A program made the translations under genes and the position numbers. From Epiperipatus broadwayi (lineage: Eukaryota; Animalia; Onychophora): a DNA stretch of 64,000 bases. The stretch spans positions 6,944,001-7,008,000 of the forward strand of contig JAQFVV010000002.1 of the NCBI GenBank assembly GCA_028023455.1. Reading direction: 5' to 3'. Shown here piece after piece: positions 37,583 to 49,616 of the stretch. The notes under the pieces are model-generated. The model was not told where the DNA came from. It ran no database searches and saw only the letters and a program-made list of their open reading frames with translations. Within the stretch, counting starts at the first letter, position 1; every line of letters begins with the position of its first letter.

Positions 37583-37899
37583 ACAGCAGTAAATCTTACT
37601 CCTCTCACCATGTCTTTCCCAGAGCTCCTGTTTCAAAACCCATAAGCTTGCTCAATACCATCTTTATTAAAGGTAAATTTTACACCTTATCAAAGATAAT
37701 ATTAAACTTGATTACATGGCTTACTTTTTACAAAAATTTCCATGTATGCACATAGAAAATTTAATCCCATTTATTTTTGACCAACATGACAAATGAAATA
37801 AAGATGGCAACCTTGTTTTAAAAATTATATAATTATAGTCTTGCAGCAAATTTTAGTTTCCTTCTGTATAACAGTTGCAAGTTTTCAAGTTTCAACCCA

Positions 37900-38490
37900 A
37901 AAAATGTGCACAATACCATTATTATTCAAGGACATAACTCATAATAACTGGTGTTTTTCCATTTTCCCAATATGCATAAAATGTCTGGGCATTTTCCCAA
38001 GGGATAATTCATGCTAAACTAGAGTTTTTCCACTAGCATTTTTCCATTTTCCCAAGATGTAATCAATACTGACTACTGCTTTTTTCATTTTCTCCAGAGG
38101 TAATTCATGCTAACGAGTGTTTTTCAATTTTCCCAAGATGCAATTTTTGCCAACTATTTTCCTTTTTCTCAAGATGCAATTCATGCAAACAAGGGTTTTT
38201 TTTCTATTTTTCCAAGATACAAATTATGCTAAATTGAGATTTTTTTCATTTTCCCACTATTCAATGCTTGCTAACTGGTGTTTTTCCATTTTTCCCAGAT
38301 GCAATTCATGCTAACAACTGTTTTTCCATTTTCTCAAGATACAATTCTTGTTGAACTAGTATTTTCACATTTTCCCAGAATGCAATTCATGCATACTAGT
38401 GTTTTTTCATTCTCTCAGGATGCAATTCATGCTGAACCAATGTTTTTGTGTTTTTCCAAGATGCAATTCATGCTGACTAGTATTTTTCCA
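37900..38490. repeat. ~41-bp degenerate minisatellite (~14 units)
   Basis: Recurring ttttccattttcccaagatgcaattcatgctaactag-like unit. Explains ORFs 38117-38314 and 38278-38556. Confidence 0.9.
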
Positions 38491-39954
38491 TTTTTCTTTT
38501 ATTTAACAAATAAAACAAGACTTAGCTATGAAAACTATACTATTCTCACTAAATGAATCCAATTTTTATGGGATAATATGTCAATCTAACTCTAACTTAA
38601 ATCCTTCCTCCATTTCTTTCAATCGTACTATCATGCATTCACACATATTTTTCTCAATATCATATTCAAAAATTCCACATTAACCTAATTTTATATATGT
38701 ATTTTGTTATGTAATAATTATTTTTCTTTTAACTAATATAAATCATGTTTTCTTTCCTATCACAATGAAGATTGTAATATTATGAATCAATTTGTATCTA
38801 AGATCTTATTTTAAAATGTAATTTATGTAATCCTTTTTGTGGCTCAATAAAGTTTATCCTTTACAACATAATAATAATAATACAATGTAATTGAATAAAT
38901 TAACTGATGTAAACCCTTATTCAACACTTTCATACCTATGTTATTAGCAATGAAAATCTCAGTCAAATGAAATCTGTATAAATCACCATGTGACTGTAAG
39001 TATGTAAACATTGTGTAACCTTTGTTGACAATAAAGTATATTATTGAAACATCATCATCATAACAACAACAACAATAATAATAACAATAACAACAATAAT
39101 AATTCATCCATATGTAGAAGATGTTTAATTAGTTTTTTGATATTTTGTAGTGTTGTTTGTTAACTTCTCAATAAACTTTCCATTCCAAAAGACTTCAACA
39201 TCTTGTCTAATTATATTGCATTCTACCAATAACCATATTTTTTTTATTAAAAACAATCAATATTGCACCAATTTACAATCACTTTGAGATAATCTTTATA
39301 ATATAGATAGCATCTACCTCTTACATGAAAATCGTGCTTAAGGCTATTACAAAAATTTTTACTATGTCCAATTCAATGAAGATATAATTTTATAATAATG
39401 GTCTCTATAGTATCACATTCAAAAGCAAAAAAGACAAACTAACTAGTCTCATAAAGTTGCCTTCATATCTTCAAAATTTTATGGGGAACTTTTTTTACTA
39501 ATATTTTTATATTTCATCAATAGGTGGTCCAAGTCTAACAATAAATTGAATTTACTAATAGCTCTATGTATAGTTTATTAAGTTGCAAAAATTACTTCAC
39601 TGTGATGAAATATTCCACTAATATATAAATATATAGTTATCATCATTATTATAAATAATTGTTCATGTAAATCGAACACCCTTTAAAAACTTGTGATTGA
39701 TTAATACAGAACAAAACACAGACATCAATGTACAAATCACAGTTTCATTACTAATATAAAAAATAATATTTTTGTCAAATGTTTTTAATTCAATTTTAAA
39801 TTTTTTGAAAATTTTTTTAGAAAGTTTTATAAGATTGCTTGTATCTTTCCTTAAGATACTTATTTTGCATTTGTCTGACAATAAAAATTATATACTTCCT
39901 CAATAGTTAAAAAGTACCAACTCTATAGCAACCATTTATCTGTGACTACAAATA

Positions 39955-41100
39955 TATATATATACAATGGTCGAATATCCAATATAAAAAATAATTATTT
40001 GCCCACAATGTTGTTATTGATATATGCTTAATATAATGATCAATCTAAATAAAATTGAAACAAAGAATGAATTATATTTATAATTATTTAATTATCAAAT
40101 CAGCTTTCAGTTCTTATTAACAACTTTTAAATATATAAAGTTTTATAAATCACATGACCTATTAATTACTCCACCTATTAGAACATTATTTTATCTTCAG
40201 TAATATAATTAACATTATACATATAAACATATGACATAAAAAAATACTTAAAATAATAATAATTTTAAAACTATATAAACACATATATTTTTATTTGCCT
40301 ATATAAATTAATATTCTATTCCCCCGCCCCTTTTATAAACCCTCATTCACAATTCTACCATGATTTTTTTACCATATTTTTTCAATCTTCCAATTATTTA
40401 ATAATGCCTATTTTCCACCTAATTTTGCTGGACCTTTAACTATATTTATACATCTATCCAAATTTTTCTGAATACATAATTTTCATAACATATCCTTTTT
40501 CCAAAATCTTTAACATGCTTTATAACTAATATTCTTCTCACATTTCATTTTATGACCAGTATCTAAATAATGTATATATGGTCCTAACCTAATATTTCTC
40601 CTATTAATCACTCTATCATTTATCATGTCTGTCCTATATATAACTTATTACAACTTCCACATTCAATTTTATAAACCATTTCTCTCTTACTATTAGTACC
40701 ATCTATCTTATGTGTATTACATAAGCATCTACCCAAAAACTTACTATTTTCCCAAGTTATTCTTACATTATCTGGTAACATTTCTCTTACTAACTTTTTA
40801 TACCCTTACCATGAATATGAAATGGACATCCACTTACAATGTTTATATTCTTATCATACTTATTTCTACTATTTATATTTTGATTTCTAAAAATAGTTTT
40901 AATTAACTTTCTTTCATATTCTATTTTAACATATTCTTTAACTTAAATCCCTTTGACATCATGGTTGATAAGACTCTGGATCAATTAAACCTCTAATTTT
41001 TCTACCTTTAATATAATGCCTTATAACTATTTCATTCATCATTCCTCTCTTCATAAAAATATCTAAATATTTTAAACCATTTATCTTCTTCACTGTAAAT
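39955..41100 (-). mobile_element. Inverted 5'-truncated copy (pseudo-LTR) of the adjacent PLE: RT tail + GIY-YIG + 3' end
   Basis: Reverse complement aligns with 41101-42212 and 43847-44960. Confidence 0.85.
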
Positions 41101-44100
41101 AAATGAATTAAAATACTTAAATATTTTTGTGAAGAGAAGAATGATCTAAGTGATCCAGAGTCTTATCAGCCATAGTGTCAAAAAGTAGGGGTTTTAAAGG
41201 GATTTGTGTTAAAGAATGATAAACTTACATTAGATAAAAAAAAAAAGGCATATGAGCAAAAATTAGAAGTAGAGAATGATTATATTAAAATAGAATATAA
41301 AAGAAAGGGAATTATTTTTAGCAATCAAAATATAAATAGTAGAAGTGGATGTCTATTCCATATTGAAGAGAAGTGTATAAAAAGTTAGTAAGAGAGAAAT
41401 TATCAGATAATGTAAGAATAGCTTAGGAAAATAGTAAGTCTTTGGGTAGATGGTTACATAATACAAATAGGATAATGGTACTAATGGTAAGGGAGGAATA
41501 GGTTATAAAATTGAATGTAGAAGTTGTAATAAGATATACAGTATATAGGACAGACAGGACAAATGATAAGTGATGAGGAAAGGAACATGATAGAGTGATT
41601 TATCAGAGATATATTAGGTTGGAACCATATATAGATTATTTAGGTACTGGTCATAAAATGGAGTATGAGAAGAATATTAGAGTTATAAAACATGTTAAAG
41701 AATATTGAAAAAGGATATGATACGTTATACATTCAGAAAAATTTGGATAGATGTGTAAATATAATTAAAGGTCCAGCAAAATTAAGTGAAAAATGGGCAT
41801 TATTAGAAGGTTTTAAAATTATAGTAAAAAATCATAAAAGAATTGCGAATGAAAGTTTATAAAAGGGAAGGGGGAAAATATTTTTTTATATATAAGTATT
41901 ATATTTATATAGTTTTTAAATTATTATTATGTATTTTTTTATTTATTTTATATCATTTATTTATAAGTTTATATGTATAATGTTAATTATATTGTTAAAG
42001 GTAAAATAATGTCTAATAGGTGGAGTAAATGTAATTAATAGGTCATGTGATATATAGATGAAAACCAGTTTGATAATTAAATAAATGTAAATATAATTCA
42101 TTGTTTGTTTCAATTTTATTTAGATTGATTATTATATTAAGTATATATCAATAACAACATTGTGGACAAATAATTATTTTTATATTGGATATTTGATCAT
42201 TGTATATATATCAGTTTTATGTGTTCGGGCATCATAACACTTTTTGAATGTTATTGTATATAGAATTTTAAATATGGAGAAATCTTATGTAAATAATGTG
42301 GACATTTTTATATTTAAATTTGGATGAAATTAACTTTAATGTTTTTAAACAGTTATGGAATATTCAGAAGAGAATTGAAGGATTAAAATACCAGTTTATC
42401 AATTTTAAGTAAATTTCAAGAGAATGGAATAATACCTACATCATGTAAGTTCAGAATTAATAATGTGAAAATTTATAAAAATAAAAAATTAGGTAATAAA
42501 ATTCAAATGACAATTTTAAATTTGTTTTTAAAAAAAAAATGTTGAAATTAGTTGTAATATTAAAAAATTATAATAAAAAGTATATATTAAAGAGAAATAC
42601 ATCTGAAAGTTTATTTGAGTGTATAAAGATTGGTTTGATGGGTCATAATATTGAATTGATAAAGAGACTTTAGAAGAAATATGATTGTAATTGGAAATGG
42701 TTATGTTATAAAAAAAGAAAATTTTAAAAATAGATTAAATAATATGTCTACGAAAGGGAATAGAGTAAAAAAGAAGAGAATAATTTTATAAATTTATATA
42801 ATGTGGAATTTGATAAAGAACTGTCAAATGTTTTAAATAAGGGAATTAAGTATGTACCGTTTGTAAATAGTGATATTCAGAAGGCAATTATTGTAAGTAT
42901 AAAAGAAGCAAGTATAAAGAATGATTTAAAGGTTAAATTAAAGTCAAAAATTAATAGTGTTGTAAATAAAAAAGTTAAATATAATAAGAAGGAATAAAAA
43001 GAGAAGTCTACAATATATACAATTGTTGAGAAGATAAATAAATAAAGTTTAATAGTAACAAGTGAGGATAAAAGTTCATTTGTAACTTTAAATGAGTTGG
43101 ACTATGATAAAATACATGAAAATATGGTAAAACAAGGATATAAAAAATTAAATAAAGATCCTGGAAATATGATTAAAACAAGGTATAAATTATTGCTAAA
43201 TTATATGAAAATGAAGAATTTAATTAATGAGAAGGAATATAAATGTTTATTTCCTACAAGTTTTGAGCATCCATGTATAGTAACAAAGATTAAGATATGT
43301 AAAGAGAATATGGCAATAAGGGTAATTTTGGATTTTAATAATTATATACTTAAAGGTATATGTAATTTAGTATATAAAAAGATTGAAGAAGTAATTCAAT
43401 TTGGAAAATATTATATAACAAATTCTGAAGAAATTGTTAATAAATTAAGTAATATTAAATTAAATAGAACTGGAATGATTGCATCATTTGATATTGAGAA
43501 AATGTACCAATGTGTATCTAGATAGTTATGACTAAATTGAAAATATGTAATGTTTTGTCAGATGATTGGATATATATTATTTATGAAACATTATTAATGG
43601 TAGATGAGGCTTTGTATTTTAAATATAAGGAAGAATTTTGGTGTACAGAAAAGGGATGGGTTATGAGGTGTTCGATAAGAGGGATATTATGATCAATAGT
43701 TGTAAGTAGTATAAAAAAGGGTATAGGTGGTTAAGTTTATAAGGAATAAAGGAATTATACAATATTATAGATATGTGAATATTTTTGTTATTGGAAATAG
43801 AAGTATTGATAAGATTTAATTAAATACTAATAAATATAAAATTAGGTTTACAGTGAAGAAAGAGATAAATGGATTAAAATACTTAAGATAGTTTTGTGAA
43901 GAGAGAAATGATGAATGCAATAGTGATAAGGCATTATATTAAAGATATATAAAATTACAGGTTTAATTGATCCAGAGTTTTATTAGCCATGGTGTCAAAA
44001 TGTAGATGTTTTAAAGGGATTTAAGTTAAAAAATGATAAACTTACATTAGATAAGAAAGATAATTAAAACTATTTTTAGAAATCAACATATAAATAGTAG

Positions 44101-44960
44101 AAATAAGTATAAGAATAAATATAAACATCATAAGTGGATGTCTATTCTATATTCAAGGGATGTGTATAAAAAGTTATTAAGAGAAGTTACCAGATAATGT
44201 AAGAATAGCTTGGGAAAATAGTAAGTCTTTGGGTAGATGATTATATAATACAAATAAGATAGATAGTACTAATAGTAAGGGAGGAATGGTTTATAAAATT
44301 GAATGTGGAAGTTGTAATAAAGTATATATAAGACAGCACAATTGGTAAGTAGTAGAGGAAAGGAACAAGATAGAGTGATTAATAGAAGAGATATTAGGTC
44401 AGGATCATATACACATTATTTAGATACTGGTCATAAAATGGAGTGTGATAAGAATATTAGAGTTATAAAACGTTAAAGATTATTGAAAAAGGGTATATGA
44501 AACTTTATACATTCAGAAAAAATTGGATAGATGTGTAAATATAGTTAAAGGTCCAGCAAAATTAGGTGGAAAATGGACATTATTAGATAATTGGATGATT
44601 TAAAAATCATGATAGAATTATGAATGAGTTTATAAAAAGGGAGGGAGGTAAAATATTTATTTATTTATATAGGTATATAAAAATATATTTATATAGTTTC
44701 AAAACTATTATTATTATTTTATATATTTTGTTTTTTATTTTATGTCATTTATTTATATGTTTATATGTATAATGTTAATTATATTGTTGAAGGTAAAATA
44801 ATGTCTAATAGGTGGAGTAAATGTAATTAATAGGTCATGTGATGTATAAAACTTTATATCTTAAAAAGGTTTCAATAAGAAATGAAAGCCGATTTGAAGA
44901 TTTAATAATTGTAAATATAATTCATTGTTTGTGTCAATTTTATTTAGATTGATTATTATA
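41101..44960 (+). mobile_element. Penelope-like element: direct pseudo-LTR (41101-42212) + near full-length decayed ORF + 3' pseudo-LTR
   Basis: N-terminal IIPTSCKFRI (~42425-42460), VLNKGIKYVP (42803-42997), RT YKKLNKDP...YYITNSEE...ASFDIEKMY (43097-43525). GIY-YIG GGMVYKIECGSCNKVYI at ~44280-44330, with a second copy at ~41490-41540. Confidence 0.9.
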
Positions 44961-46110
44961 TACACCTGGGTCTCTTTTTACGCGGACTTATTTAACACGA
45001 TTTTGAAGTTACGCGATTCATGTTTCACCGGAAGTCGAACTCCAATAATGCGCTATTACTTTAAATAATAAATTTCGCGCACTTACATTATTGGAATTCG
45101 ACTTTCATCTTAGTAATTTCAATATTTTCAGTGCTTATAATAGTAAGATTTTATGCAATAATGAAATTAAAATCATGATTTCCACATTTTATGTATACAC
45201 ACATTAAATTTTACAAGATTATAATGTAAATTTGTTCAAACATTGTGCGTGTTAATTTTGCATTTTAAATCACATTCTGTTTTTGCTTTTTAAAAAAGAA
45301 CGTAATCAATTATTAATCATTTAGTGTCAGCAAGTTTATTTTTAAAAGGTGAGTAATAGCAGTGGGCACAATTAAATTTGACAATTAAAAATTAAAATCT
45401 GATTTTTAATTGCAATTAATAATTTAAAAATTACTTACTGCGACTTGAAATTAATATGATGTAAAACGAAATTTGATTTTTAAACGGAATTGAAAATTAA
45501 AAAATTAAAGACAAAAATAAGAATTTAATTTTTAGTTGTTAGTTTTAATTAAATTTTTCCCAGCAGTGGTGAATAAATGTCTTTTTATTATCATAAGTCT
45601 AAGTTCATAAACAATTATTAAAATCATCGTCTCAAAGATTAATTACTAATTATGTTGTCAACAGAAAACCATTAACACAACATGAGAGTGAACTTAGCGC
45701 TAGTTGTATTTCCTCTTGTGAAAATCTAATTTTTTACCAGTTTGTAAACGAACACGGTAAATAGTGATAATAATTAAAATGTGTATAAAAAAATGTAAAT
45801 TACTGTACTGTAAATTATGCATAAAAATATATTATTTTGAATAAAATTAAATATTATAGTTAAAAATAGTTTGTCTTGTATCAATTTTTTTCAAATTTGA
45901 AATTTTTTATTAGTCATATTTTATTTCCTTATTTTTTTTGTTTTGCACGAATTTTAAAGTAATTTTACGTTGGTGCTTTGCTTTTATGCGAATTTTGAAA
46001 AATCACAGGCCGCACCCCCTTTTCAATGTAAGTTACGTCTATTTTTGTGTGATTTCATTTGCGCGTTTTCTGAGGAACCTATCTATTGCGTAAAATGAGA
46101 CCCAGGTGTA
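44961..46110. mobile_element. Young TA-flanked MITE (Tc1/mariner/pogo-type), 1150 bp
   Basis: 23-bp TIR tacacctgggtctc(t/a)ttttacgc with one mismatch, TA on both flanks. CpG-rich relative to surroundings. No ORF. Confidence 0.88.
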
Positions 46111-46113
46111 TAT

Positions 46114-46215
46114 TGTAACTGAATAAAAATATACATTCAAGTTAAATGCCATTTGTAACAGATTAAATATGTGGGCCAAGCTGTATCTTGAGTCACAGCC
46201 TAATTATTCATCACT
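46114..46215 (-). mobile_element. LTR fragment (U5 end) matching 53930-54020
   Basis: tgtaactgaataaaaatata...cagattaaatatgtgggcca..gct...tcttg.gtca.agcctaattatt is shared with 53930-54020. Confidence 0.75.
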
Positions 46216-46379
46216 ATTGGTGACAAAATAAAAATAATAAACTAAGAACAATTCTTATTTAATAATGCACATGAATTGTAGCATCATTTGTAACCGATGA
46301 AAATAATCTAAACTAAAATGAATATTAATCAATTAAAAACAATCTAACACTTAAGTTAATAAAACAATGATGATGATCT

Positions 46380-46960
46380 TCAATCTAACAGTTTTTTGCA
46401 TCATGACTTATTTTTCTAATACATCTTTGAACTGTGTTATTGCTCAAAAAAATCCTTTTATAACAGCTTGTGCAGATTTGTGAAGTATGATGCCCCTAAT
46501 CCGTCATTATTTCACTTTGATGATGAAACAAATATATTATCATAATTTTTTTCAGAATTTTATCTTTATGTAGTCAAATAAAAAATAGTCATAAATCACA
46601 TGACCCCATTCTTTTAAGCTTGTAAGATATAAACAATGAGCATTGCCAATTGCTCAACAAGCTTTGTGATAAATGCTTAGCCAGAAAAAGCATTTAAAAT
46701 ATCTCTATCAGGAACCCCCCCCCAAAAAAAAAAACCTCTGACCAATGGTTTCATGCTTTCACACTCCTCAGAGAGGCACTAGGTAGCTTCAGAACCTAGA
46801 TCTAAAAATACCAACTCAAAGCCAGCATTTATCTAAAAGTTATCTATTGAGTGGAAAATCTGAAAATTTCAGACACCTATATGTCTTCAAACCCAGCTAT
46901 CAACTCAAATAGCTATATGGGGTTGCAAGATCTTCAACCAAACCACCATATATTAGTAGT
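46380..46960 (-). mobile_element. Highly decayed integrase-core relics
   Basis: Minus-strand EIMTD.GASYFTN (~46470-46520) and GVPD.....AFITKLVEQL (~46640-46715), both frameshifted. Confidence 0.4.
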
Positions 46961-48985
46961 TGTAGCAATATAACATTGTGTAAGATTTAAAGCTTTTTGT
47001 CAGAGTGAATTCTATTCAAGTTACTGCTAGTTTTGATGGTTTCATAGTATCATTGCTAAAGACTTTTTTTGCATGAGGTACATTGGTAAATATTTGTTGA
47101 TAATGATGGGATAAATTCTAGTTTCAAATAGTCTAAGTTGTATTGTCTGCATTTCTTTTTTGGTTCAGTCATATTATTATCATAAGAAATAAAAGCTTAT
47201 TATCAAACAATATCCACAGACTCTGTGATAAAAATAAACAATAAAGTATGTACTTAATTGAAATACAAGATTTTTGTTCAAACTGAATAAATAAACTATC
47301 CTTTGATTTTCTTTTTCATAGTATTATTTCTCAATAAATAATTATATTCAAAGTTGAAATAGCAAATAAGTACATGTCACATCAAACGAACCAATTTATA
47401 GTGCTTTATGAAAGCATGACTACAAGACTGATAGATTCTGCTAATATCAAACACCATCTTATCTCACCATGAGCAAGTGTGGACATGCAATGGTTTTTCA
47501 TGTATGCACTTGCTTTGATATATTTGATAAACAATGCACAGACAATTTTGTGCTGCATGTATTTTCATGCATTTAATGACACACTTTACCTTTTCATTCA
47601 AAAGTCTGGTATGCAATGTGTTTTTATCAAAAACATGCTTTTTTAATTAATTTATTTTTTAATTAGCTATCTATTGGAATCATAGATATTTTGAAGTAAC
47701 AAACGAATAGCAGTAATAAGGGGGTCCATTTTTGCTGTTGTTAACATTGAAATTTTTTTATTGAAACTATCAAACCCTAGAAAATTAAAATTGACTCCAT
47801 GGGATCAATATTGACCATATCGGAAACTCTTGATATAACACATTTCCAACTTGTTTGTTTAATGTAGTATTTCTTTTAAGATTATCTCCAATATTCAACT
47901 TTAAAGATAAATTTATGTTCCATAGGTTTTATTCATAAAGCAAATTTTTCAGTATTCCTACTAAATTTATTTGAGACTAACTATTATTAACTAATATCTA
48001 ATAGTTGTAGATTTTTATCATGTGTCATATTTGCATTAATATCCATTTTTATATCTCACTTCTTTAAGTGATTTCAAAAGATTCTTAACTTTAGAATTGC
48101 ATAACACTTCAAAACAATACATAAGAAGTGATGAACACAAATATTTAAGAAATTATTTTCTTGATTATCATAGTCCATGCTATTTATCTTCCATAATATT
48201 AAACTTTTACCATTAATTATTAAATTCTGGTATCAAGTACTTTCACTACAATCAGAAAAAATAATAACACTAATACATTATTATTTCATAAATGCCTTGT
48301 GTTCAACAGGTTACATTTTAATTTCAAATATATTACAAAGATGTCACACATTTTTCTTTTTTAAACATTTGTAGTCATATCACCATCGCTAATATAGGAT
48401 TCAAATTCAAACACTAAAGGAACATTCATTATACTATAAAATAAATTATACTCTAGATTTTTTGCCCTTTTTTTTTACAATGTTTATTCAGATTGTATTA
48501 CTGGTTTTAAACTCCAGGTATTGTTCATACCTTTTTCATCTTCATGGACTTTTTAAGAAAAATGCATTCTCTCCACTTTTCTTGTTATTTGGAACAATCC
48601 TTTATATATGTTTTAAAAAATTTTAAACCTATATTTCTGTTGGTCACTGACTTGAGTAGACTTTAAAAACACAAAATCTCCTTAAAATATGCAAGGTTTA
48701 TGAAATGCATGGACAATTATTTTCTGCTTCATTTCTCTCAAATCTTCATTAGCGATTGGTAGATCATTATCATAGCTCATCTTTTCTTCAGATATAGTAG
48801 GTAATGGAGCCTTAATCAATATTGGCTTCCTATATCCAAAGTACAGATACATTGGAATAAATTTACTTAACTTGTTTTGGGTTATATTAATATAATTAAC
48901 CATTCTCTTCAAATTATTTATTCAGTTACAGTCATTTTCTATGTATACCCTAAACAATCTACCCAACTCACACAAAACTCTTATA

Positions 48986-49200
48986 CAGATTAGATTGTGG
49001 GTTTCTAATTGAACACAAAATATGTTTTATATTCTATCATTCAATTTAACCTTTACATTCCTCAGACAGGAATGGCTTCCCTATCATTACTAATACAGGT
49101 TAGATTGTGGGTTTCTAATTGAACACAAAATATGTTTTATATTCCATCATTCAATTTAACCTTTCCATTCCTTAGACAGGAATGGCTTCCCTATCATTAC
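48986..49200. repeat. Tandem duplication of ~110 bp
   Basis: acag.ttagattgtgggtttctaattgaacacaaaatatg...gacaggaatggcttccctatcattac occurs twice in succession. Confidence 0.9.
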
Positions 49201-49347
49201 AACTTGCAATTGCTGTAAACATCAAATTACATTTCTAACACTGGTTTTGGTCACAGAATATGCTCCCATGCATTTGGAAAGAACTTTGTGACTAAAATAA
49301 TGATGATAAATGTCAATAGAAATCTATGGCTAAAAGACCATTGGGAT

Positions 49348-49616
49348 GACTAAGTAAAATTGGCCATAATGTTCCAGCATACAATTTGTTAACATACTTA
49401 GATCTTAAACAAATCTCATAATATTTGAGTCTGTTTACTATGAATGTGTACAGTTTAGGCTGGTAGAATAGTCTGCACATATGACTAGGTAAAATTGGTT
49501 ATAATGTCCCAGTGTACAATTTGTTAGCATACTTATATTTTAAACAGTTGTCATATTTGAGTGTGTTCACTATGCATGCATACAGTCCAGGCAGGTAGAA
49601 TAGCTTACATGTAACA
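49348..49616 (-). repeat. Two ~135-bp tandem units, probably U3 of the Gypsy 3' LTR
   Basis: gacta(a/g)gtaaaattgg..ataatgt.ccag..tacaatttgtta.catactta occurs twice. On the minus strand the unit begins TGTTACA right after purine-rich agaaaggtagaatg (PPT-like). Confidence 0.55.

Noticed and set aside
38117-38556. Two Phe-rich repetitive ORFs; possible CRISPR-like array
   Set aside because: Products of a 41-bp minisatellite. Units are contiguous and degenerate with no unique spacers, no cas genes, and the context is eukaryotic.
47390-47640. Cys-rich minus-strand frame (KVKCVIKCMKIH...KCIHEKP) as the missing Kazal exon
   Set aside because: Cys spacing does not fit Kazal/follistatin, there are no convincing splice sites, and it lies among LTR-element debris.
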